DNA from: the human T2T-CHM13v2.0 reference genome, Homo sapiens
Strand: one strand, 5' to 3'
Assembly (NCBI RefSeq): GCF_009914755.1
Contig: NC_060925.1
DNA length: 64,000 bases
Shown here: positions 42,269-57,124 of the stretch, piece after piece
Numbering within the stretch: position 1 is the stretch's first letter
How the letters are laid out: each line of letters begins with the position of its first letter
Position numbers and translations under genes: made by a program
Notes under the pieces: model-generated
The model's database searches: none
What the model was told of the DNA's origin: nothing
The model's input: the letters and a program-made list of their open reading frames with translations, nothing else

Positions 42269-42699
42269 GAGAGACTGAAGTTCCCGCTGCTGGGCTGCTA
42301 AGAGAAGGGTGAGCAAGGACTGTGCTGTGGCTCCTCTAGGTGTCTGTGCTGAGAAAGGCATGGTGTCATTGCTTTTTGACATGGCACTGATGTTTGGTTC
42401 ACCAGGTGATGCCAACCAAACATGGAGGTTGCCTTAAAGCATTAACCTGAGTCTGAAGAATGAACACATGGAAATGATGCTCATGATGAGGTAAGTTTTA
42501 CACAAGCCTTGAGGTTCATGAAGAAGCTATGATTTTGCCAGCACAATAACTGAGACAGATAACTCTCCACTCTCCTGTATCCTTCAAAAGTAGGAACAGT
42601 CAAGAAATGCATGTGAACACACAGAATCACAGGATCTTAGGACTGGAAGGGACCTGAATTCTCATTTTTCTAATTGACAATTGATTAATTAACTTGTGA

Positions 42700-42990
42700 A
42701 TTCATCATTCACTCTACAAATATTTATAGAGCATTTATTATTTCCAAGCATTATTCTAGGCCTGGGGGATTCAACAAAGAACAAAACCAACTATAATTCC
42801 CACCCTCTTGAAGCTTACATTCTAGTAAGGAACATGCAAAAGTTAAAAGGTAAATAATTAAAATATACCATGTTAGATGGTGGGGAGTCCTCCAGAGAAA
42901 AATAAAGCAGGATAGGGGATAGCAAACATTATTGGTGGGGTGGGGGGGGGGGTGGGTAGTAGGGAAGGTTTTGCAATTTTAAATAAATTA
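42700..42990 (-). mobile_element. L2 3' end containing a poly-G tract
   Basis: CATTCACTCTACAAATATTTATAGAGCATTTATTAT...GAAGCTTACATTCTAG. Confidence 0.7.
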
Positions 42991-45371
42991 ATCATCATGA
43001 ACTCTTTTTATGATATCTCAATGAATGGTCTTCCTTCTTTATACTTTTTTCACACCCATTAGTTAATTTGATGCTTGTTAAAAACTTGAGAAAGACAAAT
43101 ATTGTCATAATCAGAGCAAAGTTATTAAATATTTATTTTGGGCCATTCATAGTGTTGACTGGTTCACAACTACTATCTCATATTATCTTCACACCAATAT
43201 GGAGGTAGTTACTGTCATTATCCCATTTTACAAAATTAACAATCCAGAAGCAAAAAACCCTAGTTTTCATCCTGGACTCAAAGTGCAGTCTTGCCACCTA
43301 CCATCTCTATGACAGTAGGTGGATTGCTTAATTTTTCCAATCCTCAGTTTCCTCATATGCAAGATGGGAGTAACAAGACCTCACCCACAGAGTTGCTGTG
43401 AGAATTATGTGTGTGACAGAGTAGGAATCAAGTCAGATAGATCTGTCTGATTCCGAAGAACAAACCTTCAAGCACAAACTATCCTGTCTCATTTTTTGAG
43501 ATGAGGAAATTGCTGAGCAGCAGTGATTACAGTAATGATAAGATGACAACATTGATATGATCATGCAAAATCTCTCCAACTCAGCAGCTTAAGCGATCAA
43601 TTTAGACAAGAACAATAAAATCCTTTGCAGTTCGCAAGCCTTGAATTCGTGATACAGCTGTAACCAAGGGGAAAGCAAGGCTGTATTATATGCAACATCA
43701 AATTTTTCCAGGTTTCCTATTCACTTTCCAGATTCGGTGCTTCCAAATAGATAAGTGTGTGTGTCCACAACACTGGCCATGATAATAATTGCTAACACTT
43801 TTATAGTGCTTCTATAGTGCAGCATAATGAAAGTAGTTTATACATAACTCATTTAATATTCACCAACCTTAATGAGGTAGTTACTGTTATTTGTATTATT
43901 ATAGCTATTTTATAATGGGGAAATAGAAGCTCATAGAAGTCAAGTAACTTACCCATCACACAGTTCTAAGTAATAGAACTGGCATGTGATCCCAGGCATT
44001 CTGATGTCAAGAGTCCATGTTCTTGACACCTATGCTATACAGAACTAGCTGCGTTAGCCAAATAACCATGCTTTGTCCATTGTTCTGCCTTCACACATAC
44101 TGTGTTGTCTGTCTGGAATACTGTTCTTTCCTCTCTCCTCTTTCCACCTTCCCAACTGATTAAATTTCATTTTCTCCTCAGCATCATCTCCCCTGGAAAG
44201 TCCTCTCTGACTCTACCCACCCTCAATTTCCACTGTGGATGCCCTCTCCTCTTCTCTGGGCTCATAGAGCACCCTGTGCCTACCTTTATCATAGCACCTG
44301 AGTAGATACTCAAAACATTCTGTACTTGCTCTCCCCAGGGCCCCTACAGTAGACTGTGACTTCCTTTAAGCCTAAGACTATGTCTGGTAGAATACAGTCT
44401 TCTGAAACATAGTAAGTCCTTCATAAATATTTGCTGAGTATATAGACAGATTAAATGTTGACCATATTGGATGCATTAATGGTTGCAGCCCCAGCATGCA
44501 TACTTTCTGGGTTTTGAAATTCTAACTAGGGAATTTTAAAGTGGGAAATTCAGGTAGAATTTGGAATGGGGATGGGGCAGCTGACTGGCCCAAGTCAATG
44601 TGTCTCTGTGATTTGTTAAGCCTTCAGCACAATCCTTTACACTAGCCAGAGTAATCCAGTGTGTGCAATTAACTTACGAAGGTATAATTAGAGGAAGGTG
44701 GGAAATTAGTTCAGAAGGTGAATGAATGGAAATACTGCTCACTCTCTAAGGGAAGCAGAAGGCCCGGAACCCCTGGGGACATCCTCAGCTATCTTAAGTC
44801 CTCAAAGAGATAAAAATGACTCCACGAAAAGCAGATCAAAAGGACAGAAAGAACATATCCATGTGATATTGATGAGACACAGGTTCAAACCAACCTTGAG
44901 TTCTTCTATCCTTCTGGACTTCTCAAATACATGAGCCGGTAAATTCCACTATTGTTTAAGTCTCTTTGAGTTGGGTTTTCTATTACTTGCAACCAAACAC
45001 GTTATAAATAGGTTGCTGTTTAGCTGACTTCAAAGGTTGCAGATAGGAGGAAGGGTACCACATGAAGGAATATTAATATCATGAGAGATGTTACTAGAAT
45101 TGTACTTAAAATTTATTCTGTGGTCATTGGGTACCTACTGACAGTTTTAGAGCAGAGGAGAGCTACTCTTGGAGCTGTGGCTTAGAAATATAATTCTGTT
45201 GCACTAGGCTTCAACTGCTATTCTGTATATACATATTTTTCTCTTTCATTTTACAGGTTAATAATCACACAAAAAGAATAATTGTAAGTATCCAGGATTT
45301 CTACTAGTTGGTAAAAAAAAAAAAAAGAATTATCTCTGAAGTGGAAAATGACATTCTCAGGGAAGATTCTA

Positions 45372-45457
<86 letters not shown>
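45372..45457. repeat. (TA)n microsatellite interrupted by CA/TG
   Basis: Direct reading. Confidence 0.97.
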
Positions 45458-45460
<3 letters not shown>

Positions 45461-46109
45461 AGAAACAGATGGTATCTCAGAGCCTCAAGTCTGTTGGCTT
45501 GTAACAGCAAGGCAACGAACTTTATGCCAACAAGTAAACTCGTCTTCCCAGGAAAATGGCAAACCCCTCAATCACGTGGCCTCCAGTGATACTGCCAGTA
45601 TGAAGTGTTTAGATTCCCCAGGCGAAAATAAGAAACTTTGCCACAGCAGTAACTAGAAAGAAAAGACTGTGGTTTAGGGAGATAAGGAAAGGCAGGGAAC
45701 ATTTCCTGAACTTCTAGTCAGCATCATGTAATATGCTACGTGCCTGTCATCTATCAGCTCACTCTGTCCCCCGGGAGCAGGGATGCAGACTCCAGCCTTC
45801 ATGGCTTCAAAGTGCACCATGTTATGGACAAACAAAGTTTCCAAAGCTGAATTGTGAAGGTGCCAGGCAAACACTTCCACCAACAGAACCCAGCTCAAAT
45901 ACTACCTCTTCCATCCAGCTTGCATAACTTTATCTGCTCTTTAGTTTGTTCCTTCTCTGGATTCTAAAAGCTTGTCCCAGCCAATTAAATTCCAACCACC
46001 TAGGAAACAGAGAATTTCTTTTCTGCTCATCTCTGTTCTTTAGGAATTATTGTTTAATCACTTTTTTAATAGAAAGCATTTTAAGGTGGATTGAGAAGAA
46101 AAGAGGGCA

Positions 46110-46501
46110 TGGTAGTTAGTAAAGTCTGTTCAAAAATACTCTGGGATTCCTTATTTACACATGGTGAGATTGTACTTCTCCTCCCCGTGAAAGATAAGTG
46201 TGGTCATGTGACTTTTTTGGCTAATGAAATTGTGAGCAGAAGCAATCTGTGTCACTTCCAAGTGGAAGGTTTAGAGCCAGTGCACAGTTTGCCACATTCC
46301 CTTCCTTACTAAAGTTACTGTGGAGGCCTGTGTCAAGAAAAAGCCTCTATCTTTGAGTGAGGATGATAAGGCAGAGAGCTCCCTGGTGATTGTGTATGTT
46401 GGCCTATAGAAGGAGCAAAACCTGTGTAGTATTAAACCATCTTGATTTGTGTATGGAATGTTTGTTACTGCAGCATAAATTAAGCTGTCCTGATTGATTC
46501 A
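46110..46501 (+). mobile_element. MLT1I/J-like MaLR LTR
   Basis: GGTCATGTGACTTTTTTGGCTAATGAAAT...TTTGTTACTGCAGCATAA. Confidence 0.65.
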
Positions 46502-49500
46502 AAAGGATTTGTCAAAAATGACATAGAAGTGTCCTCAGAATTCAAGGTCACAAATGCAGCTGGGCTTCAAGAATGTACTAGAACCAAGGTCTAGAGAGCT
46601 GTCCGACTCTCTCTTCCTCTCCTGTATTCCCCTCTGTGTGTCCTCCAACTCTGCTGCCTTTCTCTGGCTCTATCTCTGTCCCTCTTTGTGAATCTCTCTG
46701 TTTTTCTTCCTGCTCCTCCAGTCTACCCAGGTGGGAAGTAGAGGGAAGATGTTTTCACCAACGCTATTGAGAATATCTGTTACAAGTCTTTCTCTCTCTC
46801 TCTCTCACAGGCACACACACACACACAAACACAATACTCGGCTTCATTTCCAAATTTCTAGAGAAGGGACTCTGATCAGCTCAACTTAAATTCATATGAG
46901 GTCCCAACCCCTAGTCCAATCAAATACGGCCAAGGGATGAAAGAAAAGGAAATAGTGAGGTGGGCATTTAAGAAGGGTTACTGTAAGTTGATATATAATA
47001 ATAGTAACTAGCACTGAGACAAAGATCCTTCTGTGATGGTGATGGTTCATGTCTATTTACTCTCTTAATCTTCAGAACAACTATATATGTATACTAATAT
47101 CACAAGCTCCATTTTATAGATGAGAAAATGGAAACATGTAGAGATTAATTAATTTGCCCAAAGTCACAGGTGATAAGCAGGAGATCAGAGATGTGCACCC
47201 AGGAAGTCTCACACAAGAGTTTTTGCACTTCACCCAAGGCCATGCTGCCTCTTATATAATAATTGGCAACTATTATAAGCACTTTGTTTCTCCCGGCCAA
47301 CTCTGGGTTCCTGCAGAGTGGAAATCCATGTCTAGTATCCTCCCTAGAAGAGTGTTAAAAGAAAGGAGCCAGCATGTACTAAGTGCCATGCTAGAAGCAT
47401 CCACACTAAAGGATTGTTGTCACTTAATGGCAGGAGATGTTCTCAGAGTTAAAAGACTTGCCCAAGGTTTCCTAATTAGTAAACGATAGAGTCATGGCTC
47501 AGATCCAAGTCTTCTCATTCTAAATCTAGCAGTCTTTCCAGTTCTACTGCACCAGGGTTTTTGTACTCATGTCAAGAATCATAAATAAACTCGAACAAAT
47601 CTATTTCCCCTCCTCCTCGCTGCCCTCAAAAGGCAGTGACACCAAGGGCTCTGAAGGCAGTGACAGAAGCTCCTTTCTTGTAGCTACACTGATGAAGCTG
47701 AGAAGCTTCAGGGAGAGGTCAGATGGCCAAGCTGCAGCCTAGTGATGTTCATGGAATGAAGCTGGAAGGGAGTCTTCCTGGGTCATCTTCATCTAGGTAA
47801 CTGCACATCTGACTTTTCTAGACCATTTTTCTAAGGATGGTCCTCCTAACATCAGACTGTGTCTTATTGGCTCAGGCCCTGTGCAAGCAAAGCCTTCAGG
47901 AGCAATGCTTGTTATTGTTGCTGAGTTCTGGTGGGGTTGAGGCAGGCAGGGGCTGACTTTACCCACACCCCTTCTCTATAGGGAATAATTATAATAAAAA
48001 AAAACAATAACAATGATAATGATAATACCATCAGTGGGTCACTTGCCACTGACCAGTCACAAGTACACTCATATGCTAATCCAATCCTTACTTAAAGAGG
48101 AGGAAAGGCTAAGTGATTTGTCCAAGGTCACATAGCAAATAGGTAAAACACCAAAATTTCAATTCACATTTATCTGATGCCTCCAGCTTTCTCCTGCATG
48201 GCGGTTTCACATCAGTGGACAGATGATCCACAGCAAGCCGAGAAACGACCTTGAAATTGACCAAAGGGGTTCATCACTCCCTAGATGAGGAGGAAAGAGG
48301 AAAGTGGTACAGTCTGGCAAATAATGAGAATGAAGAAGAAGGTGGAGACAACAATGGATAGGAAGAGAGAAATAACAGGAGGGAGAGAAACACCAGCAGA
48401 ACAAAGCTTGCATTGACAATCTTATGTAATTCCAACAGGTCTGGAGAAGAAAAATATGGAGAAGGATTACAGGCTGGGTAATTGTTCTTCTGACCTTAGC
48501 TCTCCAAAGATCAATGGGTGCCCCAGCAGCTAACTGACAAAGTACCCCACTATTCCTCAAACCCAACTACTTTTCCAGGAGAAAGGAGAAAGGAAAGATT
48601 GACGGCTTCCAAAGGCTGGGGAGCACGTTCCCCTCATGCTGCATCTGTACCTGGGAATCCACACTTGGTCTTTCAGTGCCCAAGGACCACCTCAAGTCTC
48701 AGAGGGCAGGGTGCAAGGAGTTGGCAATTATTGACCCTAAAGTTCTGAGACGAGCAGCACCAGGCTCTGAGCCAAGCTGTGCTCGAGTCTGAGTTCAAAG
48801 GCATGTGGATTCATTTTTTCTCTTTAATAATTCACTTTGTCTTTCTGCAGCTGAGATTAGCAATTTACAACTACCTTTGGGCATGCCTGCTGGCCCCAGG
48901 GAAGGAGAGAGGAGAATCCAAGAAGGTAAGCAGAACTCAGACAACAGGAAACACCACTCTAACCCCTGCCTTCCAGCATAGGGTGCCTCCCCATTGGGGC
49001 TCAAGCATTCCCTGCATCTTATCTGCTCCTTTCAGGATTTGGAGAGATACTGTAGAAAGTCTTCCACCACTTTTTATCTTAACTCCTTAAAGAACTTCTG
49101 CCCTGACCCCCTAAATCCTTTCTTGTTCTGGGGGCTTGGGCTAGAGAATTCTTTGATTAATTAGCCCAGTGATCTTGAAGAAGTTCCTTGATATCACTAT
49201 ACCTGAGTTTCCATATCTAGAAAATGGGGATAATTGATGTATGTTCCTCATAGTGTCAAAGTGAGGATCAAATAGGTTAATATATATGTAAATTGATTAA
49301 AACATAGCTTGGCATTCAGTAAATGTGCAATGTAAGTTTCCAAGAAGGAAGTTAAAGAGTTTTTTTACCTTGTTCTCTCCCTTGAGCCTAAAGTCCTATG
49401 ATGTTAGCTCCCTGCAGCCTCTGCTCAAACAAAACAGAGGGCAAGAATCACTGGAAATAGGATGAGAAAGAAAAGGAAAAAACAATAAAGATAAATAGTA

Positions 49501-50363
49501 TTTGCTGAGTATTAATTATATGCCAGACATATGCTTGAGGTTTCCACACGTGTTAATTTTAATATTAATAAATATAATGATAGTAACATTGTTATAGTGA
49601 ACATAATGCCAAATCACTTCACCCAAGGCGAGTCCCATTAGAGGGCATTAAACACATGAGATTACTATTCCTGACAATAATATGAAAAAACAGGTTCCTT
49701 TCATCATATCTGTTGTGGAGTTGAGCTCAGGGAATTTGGGAGACTTGGTTTTTGGTGGCTGGATTCAAAGTGAGACATTGACTTTACATAGCACCATAGA
49801 AAGCATGACATTGTTACTGGCCAAGGCCATCTGGAGAGCAGGCTGATGAGAATAACTCACAGGATCAAGACGGAAGAGCAGGCACCTCATTCAGGGATGG
49901 ATTTTCTTTATTTTCATCATCAGATGATGTGGGCAGGTAGGGCATTAAACCTCCTCAAGATCCAAAAAAAGAAACAAAGGCTCAGAGAAGTCAGATGGCT
50001 TGACCAAAGTCACAAAGTAGACGTGGGTTAGATGACCCACTGAGGTGTCCCCACAGGACACTGCAGGTCTCATGGCCCACTATCACCTAGGGCTCCCCTC
50101 AGACATCACGTCATCAGGGAACCCCTCCCAGACCATCCTGGCAGAAACAACACCCTCCACTGCACCCTCTCCACTTACTGTGCCCATCCTCATTTGGAGT
50201 GCTCATTATTACCACTTACCACTGCATCATGTACTTATCTATCTTATTATCTGCCCATCATCAACAGCTAAGGTTCATGGGACAGGGAAGTTTGTTCACT
50301 GTTAAATTCCCAGCACTTATGACAGTGCTTGGCATAGGATCAGCACTCAATATTGTTAAATGA

Positions 50364-50679
<316 letters not shown>

Positions 50680-52124
50680 GAGCATACCATCTTTTAATTG
50701 CCTTATTTTCATATGTTTCCACTATCTAAAACCTCTATAAGGTCAGGGATCGAATTTTAAGTGTCTACTATAGAGCTTGGCACATAGGTGCTTCATAAGT
50801 GTTTTGAAATGAATGAATAAGGTAGATCAAAGTATTTAACTCTCATCCTAGCCTTTGTTTCTGTTTTTCAGGTCCTGGAAAGTTACCAGAAAGGATGAGT
50901 TTCGAGGCAGTTGCATGTAAATGTGGCTTAGCCAATGGGAAAGGAAGGGATATGTGTCCTGGTACAGGTATTTGAGAAATGTACAGTCCATCTGTTAAGG
51001 TGTGCTCAACCCCCAACCATTGTCCACACTTCAGTGACTTAATCAGTAGAGACCCCAAATTCATGTCCAGTGACTTTGACATCTTCGAGCTGAAGGACTG
51101 ATCTCTCATTTTTTCAATAACACTTTATGACTTAATCAAGATTCTGAGAGTTTGTTTTTTAATACCCAAAGGGTCCGTGACTTCAAAAGATGTGAAAACT
51201 CTTCCTCATCTGTTGATAGCACATTTTTCTCCATCCAAGGGAGGAAAAATAAGCCCAGTCAGGTAAGCACCCGGAATAACAGATGTGTTTTTCCAAGATT
51301 ATGCCCAAGGGACAGAAAATAAAGATTCCGCTGGATACAGACGTCCTAAAAGCAGCAAGTTTATCCTGTAACCTTGCCAAGGCAATGTCTGCCATTCTCA
51401 ATGCTAAGCCAGAGTAAGAGAGAAAAGAATATTCAAGGAGTAAATCAACTTGAAGCTCCAAGTCAAACAAGAAGTTAGTCATTAAATTTGGGCTGTGCCT
51501 CTCATTCCTCACTGTCGTAGAATTTTAGCAGAGCTAGTTTTGTCTTGAAGGCTGAGACACACTGGAAGGAATCAGAAAGGCCTGTGTTGGGATCAACGCT
51601 CTGCCATTTATTGCATGAATACAGGTAAGTGACTTAGCCTCTCTGATTTGAGGAATGTTTGGAAGGCAGACATCACCCCAAAATAACTACCCATCCTGCA
51701 ACTGATGTTTGCTATCATACAATTAACAGTAAGTTTTCCCTGCTATTAAGGATTCCCATTATCTGCAGTCCTGCTTAATTCAGAAGAACTAGGAGACCAA
51801 ACACTAGCAACATGCCAAGGACATTGAGCTAATGAGTGGCAGAACCTGGACTCAAGCTCATACCTGCTCAGCTCCAAAGCCTATGCTCTTATCACTATCC
51901 CTTCTTATCTTCCAATAGGTGACCAAGAAAGCCAGTACCCACAGGCTGGGCTCAAATTAAATCAAGCTTAATACCTAATCCTAATTAAGACAGCAGTATG
52001 GAACAGAGAAAATAGCACTGAACCAGGTTTGGACACTTATGAGGTTTGTATGACCCTAAAAAAGTGTTCATTTTACTTTACTGAGCTTCAGTTTTCCTCA
52101 TAGGAAAACTAGGAATAATGCCCA

Positions 52125-52545
52125 TGTCAGTCAAGGTAGGATAAATTGTGACGCAGCAACAAATAGCACCAGAATGCCAGTGATTTAAAGCAATGAAGAT
52201 TTTCTTTGTTTTGTTTTTTGCTGGTGCCATGTGTACCTCTCAGTTCATCTGTCATCTGGGGCTTCTTCTCTACACTAGCCTCACTCCAGAACCTATGCTG
52301 ATGGAGCAGCCATTGATTGGAACACTTCTGCCCACCCTTGTGGAGGAAACAGAGAAACTGAGATGGCCTCATGCCTGCACTTAAATGCTCAGCTTGAAGT
52401 TGACAATTATTTCACAACTTCTTAGAAAGAACTGGTTACATAGTATCCCCAACCACTGTGGGCCAGAAATCATGCTCCTACTATTCTCTTAGAAGAATGA
52501 AGAGTTGAACCATTTGGTGAATGGCATATTTAATGGCTACCCAGT
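52125..52545 (-). mobile_element. MLT1I/J-like MaLR LTR
   Basis: TGTCAGTCAAGGTAGG...GCAGCAACAAAT...CAGTGATTTAAAGCAAT reverse terminus. Confidence 0.6.
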
Positions 52546-54474
52546 TGCCCACCTGGGCTACTTCAAAGGGCTGCCAGTAAGATTAAGTAAAAAAACTTGT
52601 AGGAAGATGTAGTATAGTAATCTCTACATTTTTGAGCCTTAGAGAGCAGTAAATGAATAATTCCCCATCTCTTTTTTTTCCCCCACTTGAATGTACTTTC
52701 TTCTGAGAAATTTGATTGGTGGGGACTTGTAGTGTTTCTGCTGAGGTCAGATGCTTGCATTTCCTAGCTAATACTGTCACAAGACATTGAAATGGTAAAG
52801 CCAACTCTGAGCCCATGAAAAAAGTGTTTAATATGTGAAAAAGATTATAGAATTCTAGGATTTTAGATCTACAAGAGATTTGGCAGTCCTCAGTCCATGT
52901 GCTTATTTTTTCAGAGAAAGTAAGAGAAGCCCAGAGAAGGACCATGACTTGCCCACAGCCAGACAGCAAGATAGTGGCAGGGCTGCAACCAGAGTCCAGG
53001 CCTCCTGACTCCCAGCAACACGAAACTATAGATTCCTTTATTATGATTTTGCATTCTGATGTGGAACATTTATACCAAACCCAGAGTGGCTAATCTGCTT
53101 TTCCTTTAAGTTCTTTGAGTCAGTGATCTCGTTGGACACATAAAACATTCCTCAGTAATCAAGCAAGGAAAAACAAAAGATCATCTATACCTAGTCTTTA
53201 GTCTGCAAAGGCCTAATTCAATAAGCATTAAATGACTTATTACAGAGCATTGGAGAAAGATTCTAGGAAAGCCAAAACTTAAATAAAAAAAAAAAAGACA
53301 AAAATAAACAAAATTTTTGTCCTCAAAGACTTTCCTGTCTCGTGAAAGAGATGACATAAGTAGAAATTGTAGCATAAAGGTAGCTAAGTGAGAAGGACTC
53401 CAAGGGTGCAATGAGAGCCAATATGAAGATAGGGGTGGAAGAAAAGGTGGTGGAGAGCAGCATCACAGGAAACTTTCTGGAGGAAGTTTCCCCTGACATG
53501 ACCCTTGGAGGACGATAGGGTGGAGTGGGGAGATCGTCAAAGGAAAAAGAGGAGAAGGGCATTTCAGGCAGGAGAAGGTAAATGACTGGAGACAGAAAAC
53601 AGCGCATCTCATGCAGAGGGTTGCTGTAGCCGGCATCTGTGCAGAGGGGACAGGACACAGCAGACAGGTGGGGGGGAGGGGTGGCCACCAGGAGTTTGGA
53701 CATCCATCGTCTGAAAGCTGGGATTAGTGGGATTATTGCTATTGTTGTGGCAAGTCTGTAGACTGTGGGGAGACTGACTTTCAAGGGGTTTGAAATTTAC
53801 TCTTCTCTGGCAAAATCCAGTCAAGTGGCTTGGAGGAGAAAATGAATCCACTTCAAGAAAGCTCTAACTTGTGATTTTTGATAAGCGGTATTCTTGAATG
53901 TCAATAAAACAGCATAAAACCCTGCCTTTTTCTCCTCAGCTCTGAGTGAAGGCGCAAACATTTCTTTACATCTTTTCCCTTCCAGCCTGGGTGTGAGAGG
54001 TATTTATGGTGAAGAAATAAAGGCACGTCAGCTGATCCTTTCTAATTTTTTCATTCCTTCCACCCTCCCCACAACCCCAATTATGGAAAAAGCAAGCTCA
54101 CCCTAAGGGACAAACAACAGATTTCATTTGTTCAATATGAGACCCTGAGGACAGAAGTAAAATATTTTTCCTTGGGAGTCCCCCGTTACCATGTGCTCCT
54201 GCATACCACAGCATTTCAGTCTTTCTACTCACTCTTCTTCTCCAAGGCACTCTAGTATTATGAAGGCCAGAGCTGGTTTCATCATCTATGCCGCACAATG
54301 CCCAGTGTGCGGGGCAGCTTAGTAAGTGCTGAATAATGGAATGGACAAAGGACGAATGAATGAATGAATGCTGCAAACTCAGGACAGAGTCTGTTTAACT
54401 ATATATGAATTTAGTTATGTGAATGTTCTTACAGCGAAATCAACCTATGATAACATTTAATTGCGCACTTAACA

Positions 54475-54930
54475 AATCATACATTCAACAATATGGGATT
54501 GCTTATTCTGTGCTAGGCACTGCTCTAGACATTGGTGAATAAAATAGACAAAGTCCCTGCTTATGACACTTATGCTCTAGAGAGGAAGCCAAACAATAAG
54601 CAAACAGACACACAAATACAAAATACAATGATAGGTAGGAAAATTACGCTGATGAAAAAATTAAGCAACATCAAGGGATTAGAGAGTAGTCAATGGTGTC
54701 CGGAGAAACTCTGTTTGAGGAGGTGACATTTGAGCAGAGACCCGCATGAAGTCAGGAAGCAAGCCATGAAAAAATGTTTAAGTAGAACGTTCTAGGGAGA
54801 GCGAACAGCAAGTGAAAGCCATGGAGGAGGTTACCTGCTTGCTGTGTTGTTATAACAGCAAAATGTTCACTGTGCCAGAGAAGGGAAGCAGGGAAGAAAA
54901 TGATGTCAGAGATATCCAGGGACCAGGAGT
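54475..54930 (-). mobile_element. L2 3' region
   Basis: CATTCAACAAT...TGTGCTAGGCACTGCTCTAG...GAGGAGGTGACATTTGAGCAGAGAC. Confidence 0.8.
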
Positions 54931-55231
54931 GGCACCTCCAAACTGTCTCTTTAAATAATGTATATATGTAAAGACTTAAATAGTTTTTTAAAATCTTGAG
55001 CTTTTTAAACCTTGATTTCCTCATCATTAAAATGAGAATAATTGCTTGCCCCTCATAGCATTGCTGTGAGGATCAAATGAGATGTTTCTGAAACAAGGAA
55101 AACATCAGTAAATGGCAGTCTTATTATTGTTGTTATTGTCTGTTTGCTTTAGCATTCGGGTTGAGGGGCTTAAATGATGTTCAGGGCTTTTTTCCTCTGC
55201 CTTTCTCTTCTGCTGGGCCTGTGGGTGTTAG

Positions 55232-55456
<225 letters not shown>

Positions 55457-55626
55457 TAAGGGACAGTGGAAAAGCCCAGGCTTGGGTTGCCAGAGACCTG
55501 GGACAAAGACTGAGGTTCACCAGTGACTGGCCAGCAGGTCCCTGGGCACATCTCTCTGGTCTCTCTGTGCCTCAGTTCCTCCCTGTGTAAGATGGAGAAA
55601 TGCCTACTTCAGAGGGGGAAAATTTT

Positions 55627-55704
55627 ATATATTACATATTATATATATATAATTATATATATACACACATATGTGTATATATATATGTGCACATACATAT
55701 ATAC
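55627..55704. repeat. (TA)/(CA)/(TG) low-complexity repeat
   Basis: Direct reading. Confidence 0.85.
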
Positions 55705-56163
55705 AAATTGGATAAACATGTGCTTGTCACAAGAAATGTGGAAGAAGTGATAATGGCTACTTCTGGAGAAACATGTTTGGAAAACCACATACATTTAAAG
55801 GCCAGCATCACACAAGTGGGTTAACAGCATAGGTGCATTTTGTTACATGACTGTGAAATTGTCTTTGAAAGCAGATGGGTAGAATACCTTTGGGATTTTA
55901 TGTTAGGCATTTAATGAGGGCCAGTGAAATGAAAGAATGGTTATTTTATCAGGAGGAAAAAATGAATCCTTTTTTATAGGTGATGTTGGCTTGTGACATT
56001 GTCTCTTACTCAGGAGTGGTGGGACCTAGTGCAGACAAGACAGATGGAGGAATTGGATCTATACCCAATGCCCTTGTGGGATCTTGTCCTAGGATCCTTT
56101 AGTTTAGAAGCTCTTTATAAAGCAAGGCAAATACTGTGAAGCTGCTGTCCTTAGTATAGGTGA

Positions 56164-56527
<364 letters not shown>

Positions 56528-56727
56528 CTACCTTATTTTTTAAATACAATCAGTCTCTTTTAAAAAAAAAAGTATTAAAATCTCTCAATGAAATGAAATA
56601 ATTTCCCCCTACACGCTCCAACCCTCACCCACTTTTCCTATTGGGGTGCTGTTACACATTTCCAATAAAGCATTTCAAGGTAATGTATTTAATTACACAG
56701 TTTCCAAGTATGCCCTGCCTGGGGTAG

Positions 56728-57124
<397 letters not shown>

